From an uncultured Phycisphaerales bacterium (GTDB taxonomy: Bacteria; Planctomycetota; Phycisphaerae; Tepidisphaerales; Tepidisphaeraceae): a DNA stretch of 64,000 nt. This document shows, one piece after another, positions 10,390-20,643 of the stretch. Location: the NCBI GenBank assembly GCA_963758525.1, contig CAVWVQ010000004.1, forward strand, positions 96,001-160,000. The letters run 5' to 3'. How positions within the stretch are numbered: position 1 is the first letter of the stretch; each line of letters opens with the position of its first letter. Under the pieces are notes generated by a model that saw only the letters and a list, made by a program, of their open reading frames with translations, was not told where the DNA came from and ran no database searches. The translations under genes and the position numbers were made by a program.

Positions 10390-11121
10390 TTGATTCAAGT
10401 AGCCGACTTTTGCAAAGCATACCGCGGCACGGTTGCGGTCGAGGCGCTGAGCTTCGACGTGCAGCCGGGGCAGGTGCTGGGTCTGCTGGGCCCAAATGGC
10501 GCCGGAAAAACGACCACGATGCGGGCCATCGCCGGAGTCATCCCGCCCACGCGGGGCCGATTGCTCGTCTCGAATCACGATGTGTCCGCGGACCCGGTGA
10601 CTGCCAAGGGGCTGCTAGCGTATGTGCCGGACGATCCGAAGCTGTTCGACGCCTTGACCGTATGGGAGCATCTGCAATTCATCGCCGCCGCCTATCGCGT
10701 GAAGAACTTTGAAGCCGACGCGGCGGCGCTGCTGGATCAATTTGAATTAACGCCTAAACGAGATGCGCTCGCGCAGGAACTGTCGCGCGGGATGCGGCAA
10801 AAGGTGGCGATCTGCTGCGCGTATCTGCATCGTCCCCGGGCGATTCTCTTTGACGAGCCGATCACCGGCCTCGATCCCCATGGCATCAGAACGATGAAGA
10901 AATCAGTTCGGCAGCGCGCCGACGAGGGCGCGGCCGTCGTCGTCAGCTCCCACCTCCTCTCGCTGGTGGAGGACCTCTGCACTCATCTTCTGATCCTCCA
11001 TCACGGTCGACGAATCTTCTTCGGCCCTGTGGAGGATGCCAGGATCGCCTTTGCCAATGTCAGCGGCGATGCGTCTCTGGAGGAAATGTTCTTCCGCGCC
11101 ACCGAAGGAAAGGCGGCATAG
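10390..11121 (+). CDS. ABC transporter ATP-binding protein
   Basis: Walker A GPNGAGKTT, signature LSRGMRQK, Walker B ILFDEP, H-loop SSH; GGAG before TTG. Confidence 0.93.
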   Translation: MIQVADFCKAYRGTVAVEALSFDVQPGQVLGLLGPNGAGKTTTMRAIAGVIPPTRGRLLVSNHDVSADPVTAKGLLAYVPDDPKLFDALTVWEHLQFIAAAYRVKNFEADAAALLDQFELTPKRDALAQELSRGMRQKVAICCAYLHRPRAILFDEPITGLDPHGIRTMKKSVRQRADEGAAVVVSSHLLSLVEDLCTHLLILHHGRRIFFGPVEDARIAFANVSGDASLEEMFFRATEGKAA

Positions 11122-11133
11122 AACTCCCACGCC

Positions 11134-12752
11134 ATGCCCGCCGCCCTCCTCATGCTTCTCCGGCTGCACTTCCGCGGCAAACTCCGCCACTCGCTGCGCG
11201 GATTGCGCACGCCCCGCGGGCTGATTTTTCTGCTGCTGGGAGTGCTGGCGCTGTCCCTCTGGCTGGGCCCGGCGTGTACCGCGCGCTGCGACTCCCGCGC
11301 GCTGATCCGCAAATGGTGCGCACGATCGCGCCTTTCGCGATCCTGGGTTTTTGCCTGAGCAATCTGTTCACTTCCTTTGGCGACAGCGCCATTCCGTTCT
11401 CGGGCGCGGAAGTTGATTTTCTCTTTACCGGGCCTTTCAGCCGCCGTTCGCTGCTGGGATACAAGATCGCCAAAACCGCGCTCGGCACAACCTTCACGAC
11501 GCTGATCTTCTCCATCCTGCTCCTGCGCTACAGCGCGTCGTGGTTCGCCTGCTGCTTGGGCATCTGGCTCACGGTTCAATTCATGCAACTGTTCGCCATG
11601 GCGGTCATCATGGTCGGCCAAACGATCGGAGAGCGGGCGTACACCGGGACCCGGCGGGCGCTGCTGATCGCGGCCGCGGCGCTGGCGCTGGTCGCCGTTG
11701 CGCCGACATTAGCCGCTCACCTGCACAGCAAGCCGCTTACTCTCATGACACAGATCCATGACACGATTGCCGGCCGGGTGCTGCTCGCACCATTCGACGT
11801 GTTTGCAAATACGATCACCGCCCGCCCGCCCGATCTCCTGAAGTGGGCGATCCCGGCGTTTCTGATCAACCTGCTCATGCTGGCCATCGTGATCGGCCTC
11901 GACGCCAACTACCTCGAAACCGCCGCGACAGTCAGCCAGCGGCGCTACGAACGCCGGCAGCGCGCTCGCAGCGGCGGCATTGCCAGATTGAGCGACGGGA
12001 ACGGCCCGAGGTTCTCGGTGATCCAGCTCCCGCGCTGGGCGCGCGCCGGCCCCATCGCCTGGCGTCAGCTCATCGGAGCCGCGCGCAGCTCGCGCGCCCT
12101 GTTCATCCTTCTGCTCATCATCGGCAGCGCCGCCGCGGCATTTGTCGCGCAACTCCACAGCGGCGGGTCCGCAGCGTCGTTGGGAAAGATGATCGGAACC
12201 GTTGGGTGGATGAACGTCGTTTTCATCTCGATGCTCAAGTTCGACTTCCGCGACGAGCTGGACCGCCTGGACCTGCTGCGTTCGCTGCCGGTGTCGCCCA
12301 TCGCCGTCGCCGCGGCGGAGGTGTTCACACCCGTCGCGGTGCTGACAGCGATGCAGGCTACCCTCCTGATCGCGGTCGCGGTGTGCTTCAAGCACGCCTG
12401 GCAGTTCGTGATCCCCGCCGCGGTGTTCGCGGTGCCGTTCAACGTGCTGCACGTCGGCATCGAAAACCTGCTCTTCCTGATGTTCCCTCTTCGTTCCGCC
12501 GGGCTCATCGCCGGCGACATGCAACTCTTCGGCCGGCAGATGGTGATCTTCTGCTGCAAATTCTTCCTGTTGCTGACCGGCCTCTCCGTCGCCGCGGCCG
12601 TAGGAACCGTCGGATATATTCTGGGCCATCAATCCTGGCTAGCCTTTGGCGCGGTGGCATGGGTCGCCCTGTCGCTCGCGGCAGCCGCCACGATCCCACT
12701 ATTGGCGCGGGCGTATTCCAGATTCGATCCGAGCATGGATACGCCGCCGTAA
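11134..12752 (+). CDS. ABC exporter membrane subunit, split by one frameshift near 11274
   Basis: ORF 11134 (..LWLGPA) joins ORF 11274 (VYRALR..) by adding one base; many TM helices; FSGAEVDFLFTGPFSRR motif. Confidence 0.8.
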
Positions 12753-12861
12753 GGCTATTTGGGCGCTGTTGCAGCTAAAACACGGCATTAGAACTTGCGC
12801 GGATCGGTTCATTGCTACTTCTCTTCGCCCGGCTGTCGATAAATCTCGACTCCACTCTGGT

Positions 12862-12977
12862 CCCTTCTCCCGGTACGCCGGGAGAAGGTTAGGATGAGGG
12901 TGATTTCGAACACCAAGTGCACTCGAATTCCAATCACCCTCACCCCAACCCTCTCCCGGCGTACCGGGAGAGGGGGC
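12862..12977. repeat. family A palindromic repeat, inverted pair
   Basis: CCCTTCTCCCGGTACGCCGGGAGAAGGTTAGGATGAGGG ... CCCTCACCCCAACCCTCTCCCGGCGTACCGGGAGAGGGGG; copies at 28296, 33596 and split at 24908/25068. Confidence 0.9.
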
Positions 12978-13081
12978 AGTTTGGAAGACAGTCGGGCGTT
13001 CGATGCGCCAAAAGGAGGAACTGCGCCGGACAACGGAGCGCATATCTCTCGGTCTGAGCGCGACCGTGTTATCCTAGGGCA

Positions 13082-13642
13082 ATGGAGATTCGCCCCGCGA
13101 CGCTCGCGGACATTGACGATTTGATGGAGATCGACGGAACGATCGAATCGACCCACTATCTCCACGTCGAGCAGACCGGCGAAGGTGTCGCACTGTCATG
13201 GCGGCTGGAAGAGCGACTGTCTCGGTCAACCAACGTGATTTCTAATCCGATCGACGAAGACAACCGCTTTTTCCTCCGCCAGGTGCTCAGCGGCGCTGAT
13301 GAGGGCGTGGCGCTTGCGGTGGTGTACGAGAGCGCGGCTATCGCGATGTTGCTCGCCCGTCCGGAGCATGAACACCGGACGCTGCGCGCGATCGATCTGC
13401 GCGTCGACAGCGATTACCGCCGCCAGGGGCTCGCCACCGCGCTGCTGCTGACGATGATCGGCACAGCTCGCAGCCAGGAGCTTCGCGCCGTTGAGATTGA
13501 AACTCGTGCCGACAACTCCCCAATGTATCACTTGCTGCCGAAGTGCGGCTTCGAGCTCGCCGGACTCGATACGCGACGGCACAGCAACCATGATCTGGTC
13601 AAGGAATCTGCCACGCTCCTTTGGTACGCTTCGCTCGACTGA
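13082..13642 (+). CDS. GNAT acetyltransferase (SatA-like C-terminus)
   Basis: acetyl-CoA motif VDSDYRRQGLAT; IETRADN..GFELAGLD..LLWY. Confidence 0.85.
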   Translation: MEIRPATLADIDDLMEIDGTIESTHYLHVEQTGEGVALSWRLEERLSRSTNVISNPIDEDNRFFLRQVLSGADEGVALAVVYESAAIAMLLARPEHEHRTLRAIDLRVDSDYRRQGLATALLLTMIGTARSQELRAVEIETRADNSPMYHLLPKCGFELAGLDTRRHSNHDLVKESATLLWYASLD

Positions 13643-13660
13643 CTCTGAAAGATCCTTCTG

Positions 13661-15043
13661 ATGGCCGACAAGTTTACCTCGATGTTCAGCGACGATTCCT
13701 CGGACGACCGGCTGGCGTTTCGTCCGCCTGATCAGGATGCCGCGGTCGCGGAGCGAATTGAGGAGATTCCCGCCGCGGACGGCGCCCACGTTCTGGAAAG
13801 TCTTCCGACCGATCAGGCGGCTGAAGTCGCAGAATATCTCGATCCGGACACCGCCGCGCGCATTTTTGCGGAGATGGATCCGCCGCGCGCCGCTGAAGTG
13901 CTGACCGGGATGGAGGCCGCCGAGGCGTCGATGGTTGTCTCGGCAATGCATCCGGATGACCGGGTCGACGTGCTGGAATATCTCCCGACGGGCGTCCACG
14001 ATGCGATCGTCGACGAATTGACCCCCGCGGAAGCCGAGGACGTTCGCAACCTCGAGCAATACGCGCCCGATACGGCCGGTGGAATCATGACCACCGATGT
14101 GACGGCGCTCCCGGAACACCTGACGGTCGAAGAGGCGGTCGCCGAGCTGCGCCGGCTCAATGAACAGTTCACCCAGATGTTTTATGTGTACGTCATCGAT
14201 CATCGGCGGCACCTGCTGGGTGTGCTCTCCATGCGCGATCTGATTTTCGAGCGGCCCGGCAAGAGACTCACGCAGGTGATGCGTTCCGAGGTGACGCGCG
14301 TGCCGGCTTCCATGGACCAGGAGCAGGTCGCCCGCGTGATGCGGCGATACAACTACCTCGCCCTTCCCGTCGTGGATGATCAGAACCGCCTGCTCGGCAT
14401 CATCACCCTCGATGACGTGATGGATGTGATCACGGAAGAAGCCACTGAAGACGTGCAGAAGATGGCCGGCGCCGGTGCTCAGGAACGGCTGACCAGTCCC
14501 TGGCAGTTCAGCTTCAAAAAGCGCGTCTGGTGGCTCGAAGTCAACTTGCTGACGGCGTTTCTCGCCGCCGGCGTCGTCGCCAAGTTCGACAGCGTGATCG
14601 CCGCCCTGCCGATCCTTGCCGCGTATCAGACGATCGTTTCCGGCATGGGAGGCAATGCGGGCGCCCAGGCGATGGCCGTCTCCATCCGCGGCATCGCGCT
14701 GGGTGAAGTCGACCAGAAAATGCTGCGCGGGATTCTCTACCGCGAGCTCATCGTCGGCATACTGACCGGGATCGCCATCGGTGTCACCACCTGGCTTTGC
14801 GCTCTCTGCGGAGCCTTCAACTATCACCAGCACGCGTTCATGCTCGGGATGGTCGTTTGCCTGGCGCTGGCCCTCAACCACATCAACGCATGTCTCACCG
14901 GCGTCGCGATCCCTTTCGTGATGAAATGGTTCGGTTTCGACCCGGCACAATCCGCCACCATCTTCGCGACCACGTTCACCGACTGCGGTGGATTTTTCCT
15001 GACCCTCTACCTCGCCAAGATCTTCATGCCCTGGCTGGTGTGA
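13661..15043 (+). CDS. mgtE: magnesium transporter MgtE
   Basis: acidic N-domain, CBS pair (TAGGIMTT, LPVVDD..LLGIIT), TM motifs GGNAGAQ, FDPA, TTFTD. Confidence 0.95.
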   Translation: MADKFTSMFSDDSSDDRLAFRPPDQDAAVAERIEEIPAADGAHVLESLPTDQAAEVAEYLDPDTAARIFAEMDPPRAAEVLTGMEAAEASMVVSAMHPDDRVDVLEYLPTGVHDAIVDELTPAEAEDVRNLEQYAPDTAGGIMTTDVTALPEHLTVEEAVAELRRLNEQFTQMFYVYVIDHRRHLLGVLSMRDLIFERPGKRLTQVMRSEVTRVPASMDQEQVARVMRRYNYLALPVVDDQNRLLGIITLDDVMDVITEEATEDVQKMAGAGAQERLTSPWQFSFKKRVWWLEVNLLTAFLAAGVVAKFDSVIAALPILAAYQTIVSGMGGNAGAQAMAVSIRGIALGEVDQKMLRGILYRELIVGILTGIAIGVTTWLCALCGAFNYHQHAFMLGMVVCLALALNHINACLTGVAIPFVMKWFGFDPAQSATIFATTFTDCGGFFLTLYLAKIFMPWLV

Positions 15044-15046
15044 GGT

Positions 15047-16246
15047 TCAAGGTGCCAACCGCGCAAACTTCCTTCCGAGTTTCACGACGGTTGCTTTCTC
15101 GAAGGTGAATTCCTTCGCGAACTCCGTCACCCTCACGCCGTCAAGGTAAACGGCGCCTTCCTTCAGCTTGCGGATTGCCTCGCCATTGGAAGCTGCGAGC
15201 CCGGCTTTCACCAGCAGCGGCGCGAGTTTGTGCGGCCCTGGGCCGACCGCGATCTCCTTTGTGTCGTCGGGAATCCCTCCCTGTTGAGAGACACGGTTCC
15301 ATTCCTCCTCCGCTGCCTGCGCCGCCGACGGGTCGTGGAGCCAGGAGATGACTTCTCTGGCCAGGCGAGCTTTCGCATCGCGCGGACGATCGCGGATGAT
15401 CGCCCGGTATTCCTCGGGGGGAACGTCGGTGACCAGCTGGTAGTAACTCTCCATGACCGCATCGGGCAGACGCATGATCTTTCCAAACATCCCTGATTGT
15501 CCGCCGGGAGCATCGGTGACGCCGATGTAGTTGCCCTTGCTCTTGGACATCTTCATCGCGCCGTCGGTGCCGACGAGTAACGGCGTCACGATCACCACCT
15601 GCCCATCGCCCCCCTCTTCTTTCTGAAATTCCCGGCCCACCAGGTTGTTGAAGAGCTGATCGCTGCCGCCCATTTCGACGTCCGCATGAATCGTCACGCT
15701 GTCCCATCCCTGCAACAGCGGATAGAGCAATTCGTGCAGGCGAATGTCCACGCCCTTGGTGAAACGATCCTTGAACGAATCGCGATCGAGCATCTGGGCG
15801 ACGGTCTTGCGCCCGGCCAGGCGAATCATGTCAACGAGGTTCATCTTTGCGAGCCATTCGCCGTTCCATCGCACCTCGAGGTGTTCCGGACCTGTCATGA
15901 GAATTTTGCCGACTTGCGCGACATAGGTCTTTGCGTTCGCGTCGATCTCCTCCCCCGTGAGAATGGGGCGCGTCGCGTCGCGGCCCGACGGATCGCCGAC
16001 GCGGGCGGTGTAGTCGCCGATGATCAGCACTGCCTTATGGCCCCATTCCTGGAACTGGCGGATGACGCGGAGCGGAACCGCATGGCCCAGCGTCACATCC
16101 GGAGCCGTCGGATCCATGCCGAGCTTGATGCGCAGCGGCTGACCGGTCTGTGCGCTGCGGGTGAGTTTGCGGCGCAGGTCCTCGTCGCTCAGTATTCGTT
16201 CGCAGCGCCGGCCGAGCAGATGAATCTGTTCATCAATCGAGATCAT
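15047..16246 (-). CDS. tyrS: tyrosine--tRNA ligase
   Basis: GMDPTAPDVTLGH, YPLLQGWD, GGSDQLFN, KMSKS, C-terminal S4-like domain. Confidence 0.95.
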   Translation of the reverse strand: MISIDEQIHLLGRRCERILSDEDLRRKLTRSAQTGQPLRIKLGMDPTAPDVTLGHAVPLRVIRQFQEWGHKAVLIIGDYTARVGDPSGRDATRPILTGEEIDANAKTYVAQVGKILMTGPEHLEVRWNGEWLAKMNLVDMIRLAGRKTVAQMLDRDSFKDRFTKGVDIRLHELLYPLLQGWDSVTIHADVEMGGSDQLFNNLVGREFQKEEGGDGQVVIVTPLLVGTDGAMKMSKSKGNYIGVTDAPGGQSGMFGKIMRLPDAVMESYYQLVTDVPPEEYRAIIRDRPRDAKARLAREVISWLHDPSAAQAAEEEWNRVSQQGGIPDDTKEIAVGPGPHKLAPLLVKAGLAASNGEAIRKLKEGAVYLDGVRVTEFAKEFTFEKATVVKLGRKFARLAP

Positions 16247-16284
16247 GGTGGTCCGGAGAGTTTACCCGAATACATCGGGCGGCT

Positions 16285-17287
16285 TCAGTGTGACTGGCTC
16301 AGAAACTGATACGTGCTGGCGGCGTTGAACAGCGCATGCATCACGATGCTGGTCCAAAGATTCCCTGTTCGCTCGTACGCATATCCCAGGCCGATCGCCA
16401 GGAAAAAGATGGGCGGCCACATCCAACGCGGATGCACGGATGTGAAGAGTGCCGACGCGAGGACGATGGCGGTCCATGTCTGCAAGGCGACGCCGCGGGA
16501 AGGAATCGCCTGCTCCTCATGCAGTTCGATCGGCCGGGCATCGGATAAGGCTCCCGCTACCTCGTCGTGCGTTTGCGGCGCGCCAATGACGGGCAGCACG
16601 CCAGTCATTCGACAGAGCAATTCGCGCAAAAAGGTCTGAATATGAGCGCGAAAGATTAATTCCTCGAACAGAGGCGCCAGGATGACGGCTCCGACAATCA
16701 AGGTGCCGCGGGCCAGTTGATTCGTGGTGTCGCCCATCGCTTTGAGAAGCTCGTGCTCCTGCGGATGCGCGTAGTGATGCACTTCGTAAAACCATTCGGT
16801 CAGCGCTGAGATCAGCATGATCATCGGCCACACCATCAGAATTCCCAGGACGCCGCGGAGCGCGCCCGGCAGCGGATTGCGGCGTAACCCCAGCCCTTCG
16901 AGCCGCGATGCACGTCCGAGGAGCAATGTGTCGGTGGCCAGGGCAGCACTCAGTCCGACGAACGGCGGAACAGTGGAAATAAACGCCCAGTCTTTGGGGC
17001 TCAACGTCGCCTCGGTGATGATCAATCCGGGATGCGCCGCGCAGCGCCGCGGAATAGATCGCCTGCGTGAAAAACCATGCAAAGCAGGCAATCGAGGCGG
17101 CCAGGAGCAGACGGTAGATGATCCCGTCGACCAGCGGCAGGCGATAAGGCCCGCTGACCGACCGGGCGCGGAACAATCCGGTCGCCGCGGCGCCGGCCAT
17201 GCCGGCCAGTGACATCAGGATCCACGGCGCAAGCGAGACGCTGCTGACTGGAGAGACGGATTCTGCCGCGGCGGCTAAGATGGACAT
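16285..17287 (-). CDS. CPBP/CAAX-family intramembrane protease, frameshift near 17040
   Basis: APLFEELIFR, FTSVH, HALFN motifs; N-terminal TM part in ORF 17287 joins ORF 16285 in a GC dinucleotide run. Confidence 0.82.
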
Positions 17288-17364
17288 GTACGAAGGCCGT
17301 TGTAAATGTTTCCCGCTCCAGCGGATGGGGCGGGGAATCTTAATCCCGAGGCGTGCATTTTCCC

Positions 17365-18174
17365 ATGAGCAGCGTGTTGGACAAAATTATCGAAAGCAAG
17401 CGGCGCGAGGTCGCCGAGCGTCGGCAGAGCGTACCGATCGAGTCATTGCGCGAAACCATCAGCACGCTCGGCCGGCCGCGCAACTTTTTCCACGCGGTGA
17501 CGCGCAAAACGTCAAAGGCGTTAAACCTGATTGCGGAAGTCAAAAAAGCCTCCCCCAGTGCCGGCGTTATCCGAGCCGATTTCGATCCCGTGGCGATTGC
17601 CCAGACCTACGCCGCGGCCGGCGCCGATGCGCTGAGCGTTTTGACCGACGAACCCTTTTTCCAGGGCAAGCTCGAATACATTCATGCGATCCGCGACCGG
17701 GTCAGGCTGCCGGTATTGCGGAAGGATTTCATCATCGATCCGTATCAGGTGTACGAAACGCGGGCATGCGGGGCGGACGCCATGCTGCTGATTGCCGAAT
17801 GTCTGGAGACGAGCCAGATGATCGACCTGCAGATTCTGGCCACAGAGTTGAGCCTCACGTGCCTGATTGAGGTGCATGACATGGACAATCTGATGCGCGT
17901 CCGGGATCACGTGATCGGCTTTCCGCATCGCAGTTACAGCCTGTTGGGAATTAACAACCGCGACTTGCGGACATTCCAGACCGATCTGGGAAATACCCTG
18001 CGGCTGGCCGAACTCGTCGAAGACCGCTCCGTGCTCGTCAGTGAAAGCGGCATTCGCACGCGTGAAGATGTTCTCAAACTTGCCGCCGCCGGAGTCAGCG
18101 CAGCGCTCGTCGGCGAAAGCCTCATGCGCAGCGACGATGTAGCCGGCAAGATTCGCGAACTCTTTCACAAATAA
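17365..18174 (+). CDS. trpC: indole-3-glycerol phosphate synthase
   Basis: LIAEVKKASPSAG, LSVLTD, LRKDFI, GINNRDL, VSESGI. Confidence 0.96.
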   Translation: MSSVLDKIIESKRREVAERRQSVPIESLRETISTLGRPRNFFHAVTRKTSKALNLIAEVKKASPSAGVIRADFDPVAIAQTYAAAGADALSVLTDEPFFQGKLEYIHAIRDRVRLPVLRKDFIIDPYQVYETRACGADAMLLIAECLETSQMIDLQILATELSLTCLIEVHDMDNLMRVRDHVIGFPHRSYSLLGINNRDLRTFQTDLGNTLRLAELVEDRSVLVSESGIRTREDVLKLAAAGVSAALVGESLMRSDDVAGKIRELFHK

Positions 18175-18205
18175 ACCCACAGAGGCGCGGTTACAAAACG
18201 GCCTG

Positions 18206-18341
18206 TTAGTAAACATCCCCATAAGTAAGGGACCATCAATGTAGGGCGGGATTTATCCCGCCGGATGCCTCCGCCGGATGCGAATCGGCGGGATAGATCC
18301 CGCCCTACATGTGGCCCTCTTTCAATGGGGCGCTGTAGTTA
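18206..18341. mobile_element. MITE-like element carrying a family B GTAG-REP pair (18241-18308)
   Basis: GTAGGGCGGGATTTATCCCGCC ... GGCGGGATAGATCCCGCCCTAC inside weak ~28-bp inverted flanks; TTA directly repeated at 18206-18208 and 18339-18341. Confidence 0.6.
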
Positions 18342-18384
18342 GGGCCCGCGCACGAATAACTTCAATTTATTCATGCGCGAGCTC

Positions 18385-20172
18385 TTACTGCGGCCCGTTG
18401 TTATTCCCTCCCGCCATGTCCTGCCGCGCTTTCAGCCCGGCCGAAATCAGATTCTGAATCAGCTCCGTCGGGACGAACGTGTCGAAGCGAATCGACGGGC
18501 CGTCGGTCGCGACTGAGATGCCGATCGGCGGCAGGTCATCAGGAAGGTGCAGCTTGATCGGGAACCCGAAGTTCTCCGCCAGCTTGGAAGCGGATGTGGC
18601 GATGTTGTCGAGGAAGACGTAGTAAACGAGCACCGGCTTTTTCGCGAGATGCGACGCCACCATCGCGACGTTGGGGCGCGGGCTGATCGCGTCCTGCCCG
18701 CCTTTGGCGGAGGCAATCGCGTCAGAAATCAGTTGATCGTTGCCGCCGGTCACCACAATGTAATGACTGTCGTCCGCGGCGCCCGCGTACGCTCCCACGC
18801 CGTTGGGCCCATAAAGCAACGCGATGGCCTGTTGTGCCTGCGCTGCCTTGGGATCGTTCGGATCCATCGCCAGATTGGTCTGAAGCTGATCGAAGCTGAC
18901 GCCATCCACGGTCTTCGCGTCCGGCTTGAAATCGAAGGTCATGGGAGCGTTCGTCGATTGCGGTCCGCTCTTGAGCATGTCCGCCAGTGACTGGAACACC
19001 TTCCGGTTGCTGTCGCGGATGACCTTCGAATCCCCCTTGGATACCGCCACCGACTGAAGAACTGCTTCCTGCCCCGCCGCTCCGCTGGGAACGATATATC
19101 CCGCGCCCGAAGCATTCATGGCACCGACCGCATCCTTCATCGACGAGACCATATCGCCGACCGGCTTCCACTGATCGCCCGCTTCTCCCAGTTCCTTGAC
19201 GATCGGGTCGGCCAGGTTCCCCAACATCTGTTGCGCGACTTTCGGGTCGGCCGCGTAACCGCCGACTGCGAAGTATTTCTTGTCAGGCAGGCCCGCCAGT
19301 GCGGAGTCAGCCCCGGTCCCCTTCAACTGCGCAAAGTTCTGACCGAGCCGTGAGTCCGGCTGGAACTCCGCCATCGACCCGGCGCTGATCCCCGCGTCCG
19401 ACAGATCGATGCTGATCACGCCGCTGGTCCCCTGCTCGATGTAATCCTGCACCGCGTTCATATACATGTTGACGACCGCCTTGACCACCGGGGCCAGCTT
19501 CTTGCTGGCTTCGTCCTTGCCGAGATTGTTCTGCATCTCGTTGAGAAATTTCTCGCGCTGCTCCTTCAGCTTCGGCAGCCCAACCGTTCGAAGCTGCTCC
19601 ATGTTTGCAAAGATCGTGATGTCCTTCGACTCAGCTTCCTTCGCCGCGAGGCCCGCGAGCTTGAAGCCGGCCGGCTTGTTCGCCAGCGTCTCCTTGTTAT
19701 CCGCGACGGCAGCGAAATCGCCCCAGTGCGCGATGAAGACCGGCTTGTTGTCGTCGGTGCTGGTAGCGCTGGTGATATCGCCGTCTTCCTGCGGTTCCTT
19801 GAAGTTGCCGACAAATGCCTTGTAGTCACTGACGGGAATGATGCCCACGATTTTGGGCGGAGCACCGGCCGGCTGACCCGCGGGCATCGGAAAGAATGCA
19901 ATTGCCGCATCCCCGTCCTTATTAATGCCCTGAGACATGTGACCCTTCTCCAGCATCGAGCCGAGCGGGTCCTTGAACTCCGGGACCATCTCGTCGATCC
20001 CCCACGCGTGGGCGATTTTGATGATCTTCGCATTGATCGCATTCAGATTCTTCACTTTGAGCACCGCGATCGCGTCCGATGGCACCTGGTCGAGAACCTG
20101 CGCCTGAGCACGGGCGCTCAGTGCCAACGCCAACAACGCCAATGGAATAATGAGCCGGTTGCGAATCTTCAT
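18385..20172 (-). CDS. secreted hypothetical protein, about 595 aa
   Basis: GAAGGAG SD; signal peptide MKIRNRLIIPLALLALALSARAQA; strong coding bias; no recognised catalytic motif. Confidence 0.85.
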   Translation of the reverse strand: MKIRNRLIIPLALLALALSARAQAQVLDQVPSDAIAVLKVKNLNAINAKIIKIAHAWGIDEMVPEFKDPLGSMLEKGHMSQGINKDGDAAIAFFPMPAGQPAGAPPKIVGIIPVSDYKAFVGNFKEPQEDGDITSATSTDDNKPVFIAHWGDFAAVADNKETLANKPAGFKLAGLAAKEAESKDITIFANMEQLRTVGLPKLKEQREKFLNEMQNNLGKDEASKKLAPVVKAVVNMYMNAVQDYIEQGTSGVISIDLSDAGISAGSMAEFQPDSRLGQNFAQLKGTGADSALAGLPDKKYFAVGGYAADPKVAQQMLGNLADPIVKELGEAGDQWKPVGDMVSSMKDAVGAMNASGAGYIVPSGAAGQEAVLQSVAVSKGDSKVIRDSNRKVFQSLADMLKSGPQSTNAPMTFDFKPDAKTVDGVSFDQLQTNLAMDPNDPKAAQAQQAIALLYGPNGVGAYAGAADDSHYIVVTGGNDQLISDAIASAKGGQDAISPRPNVAMVASHLAKKPVLVYYVFLDNIATSASKLAENFGFPIKLHLPDDLPPIGISVATDGPSIRFDTFVPTELIQNLISAGLKARQDMAGGNNNGPQ

Positions 20173-20271
20173 GCGGTCTCCTTCGACAGGCCGAACAGGC
20201 CGAGGCGGCAACACGCGAGGCAGGGGACGCGCACGCGTTCCTGCCGCGCAATACCGCGATCAATGAAAGAC

Positions 20272-20299
20272 ATCCTATCGGCTCGACATCGAGCGTCAA
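20272..20299 (-). promoter_or_regulatory. putative sigma70 promoter with palindrome in the spacer
   Basis: minus strand TTGACG-N16-TAGGAT; GCTCGA-CA-TCGAGC at 20281-20294. Confidence 0.4.
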
Positions 20300-20403
20300 A
20301 GGTATAATCAGCGGCCTTCCTAGTAATCGCTGGTAATCGCAATTCTCCGAGTAAACGACCGTGCGCGATCCCGCGCGGTCCGCAGTCACCGAGAAATGCA
20401 GAA

Positions 20404-20504
20404 CACGAATCGACACGAATTTCGCACGAATCTTCACGAAGAAGATTTCCCCGGTTTATTCGTGAGGATTCGTGCCCATTGGTGCCCATTGGTGCCCATT
20501 GGTG
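20404..20504. repeat. two opposed arrays of ~10-bp tandem repeats
   Basis: 4x CACGAA(T) at 20404/20414/20425/20435, then 5x ATT(C/G)GTG at 20458-20504. Confidence 0.85.
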
Positions 20505-20643
20505 TTCCCTCTTCATGGATTCGCGGCGAATGTGGGAGATTGACAGCGCGTGTCCGAAGTCATTTAGGGGATGGGGTAACACGTAGAGACGGGTCGTCCA
20601 CCCCGGCGCAGCGGATAAAAATCGCTATGATCAACAGCACGCA

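Noticed and set aside
20404..20504. CRISPR array
   Set aside because: Units are about 10 bp with no unique spacers, and there are no cas genes
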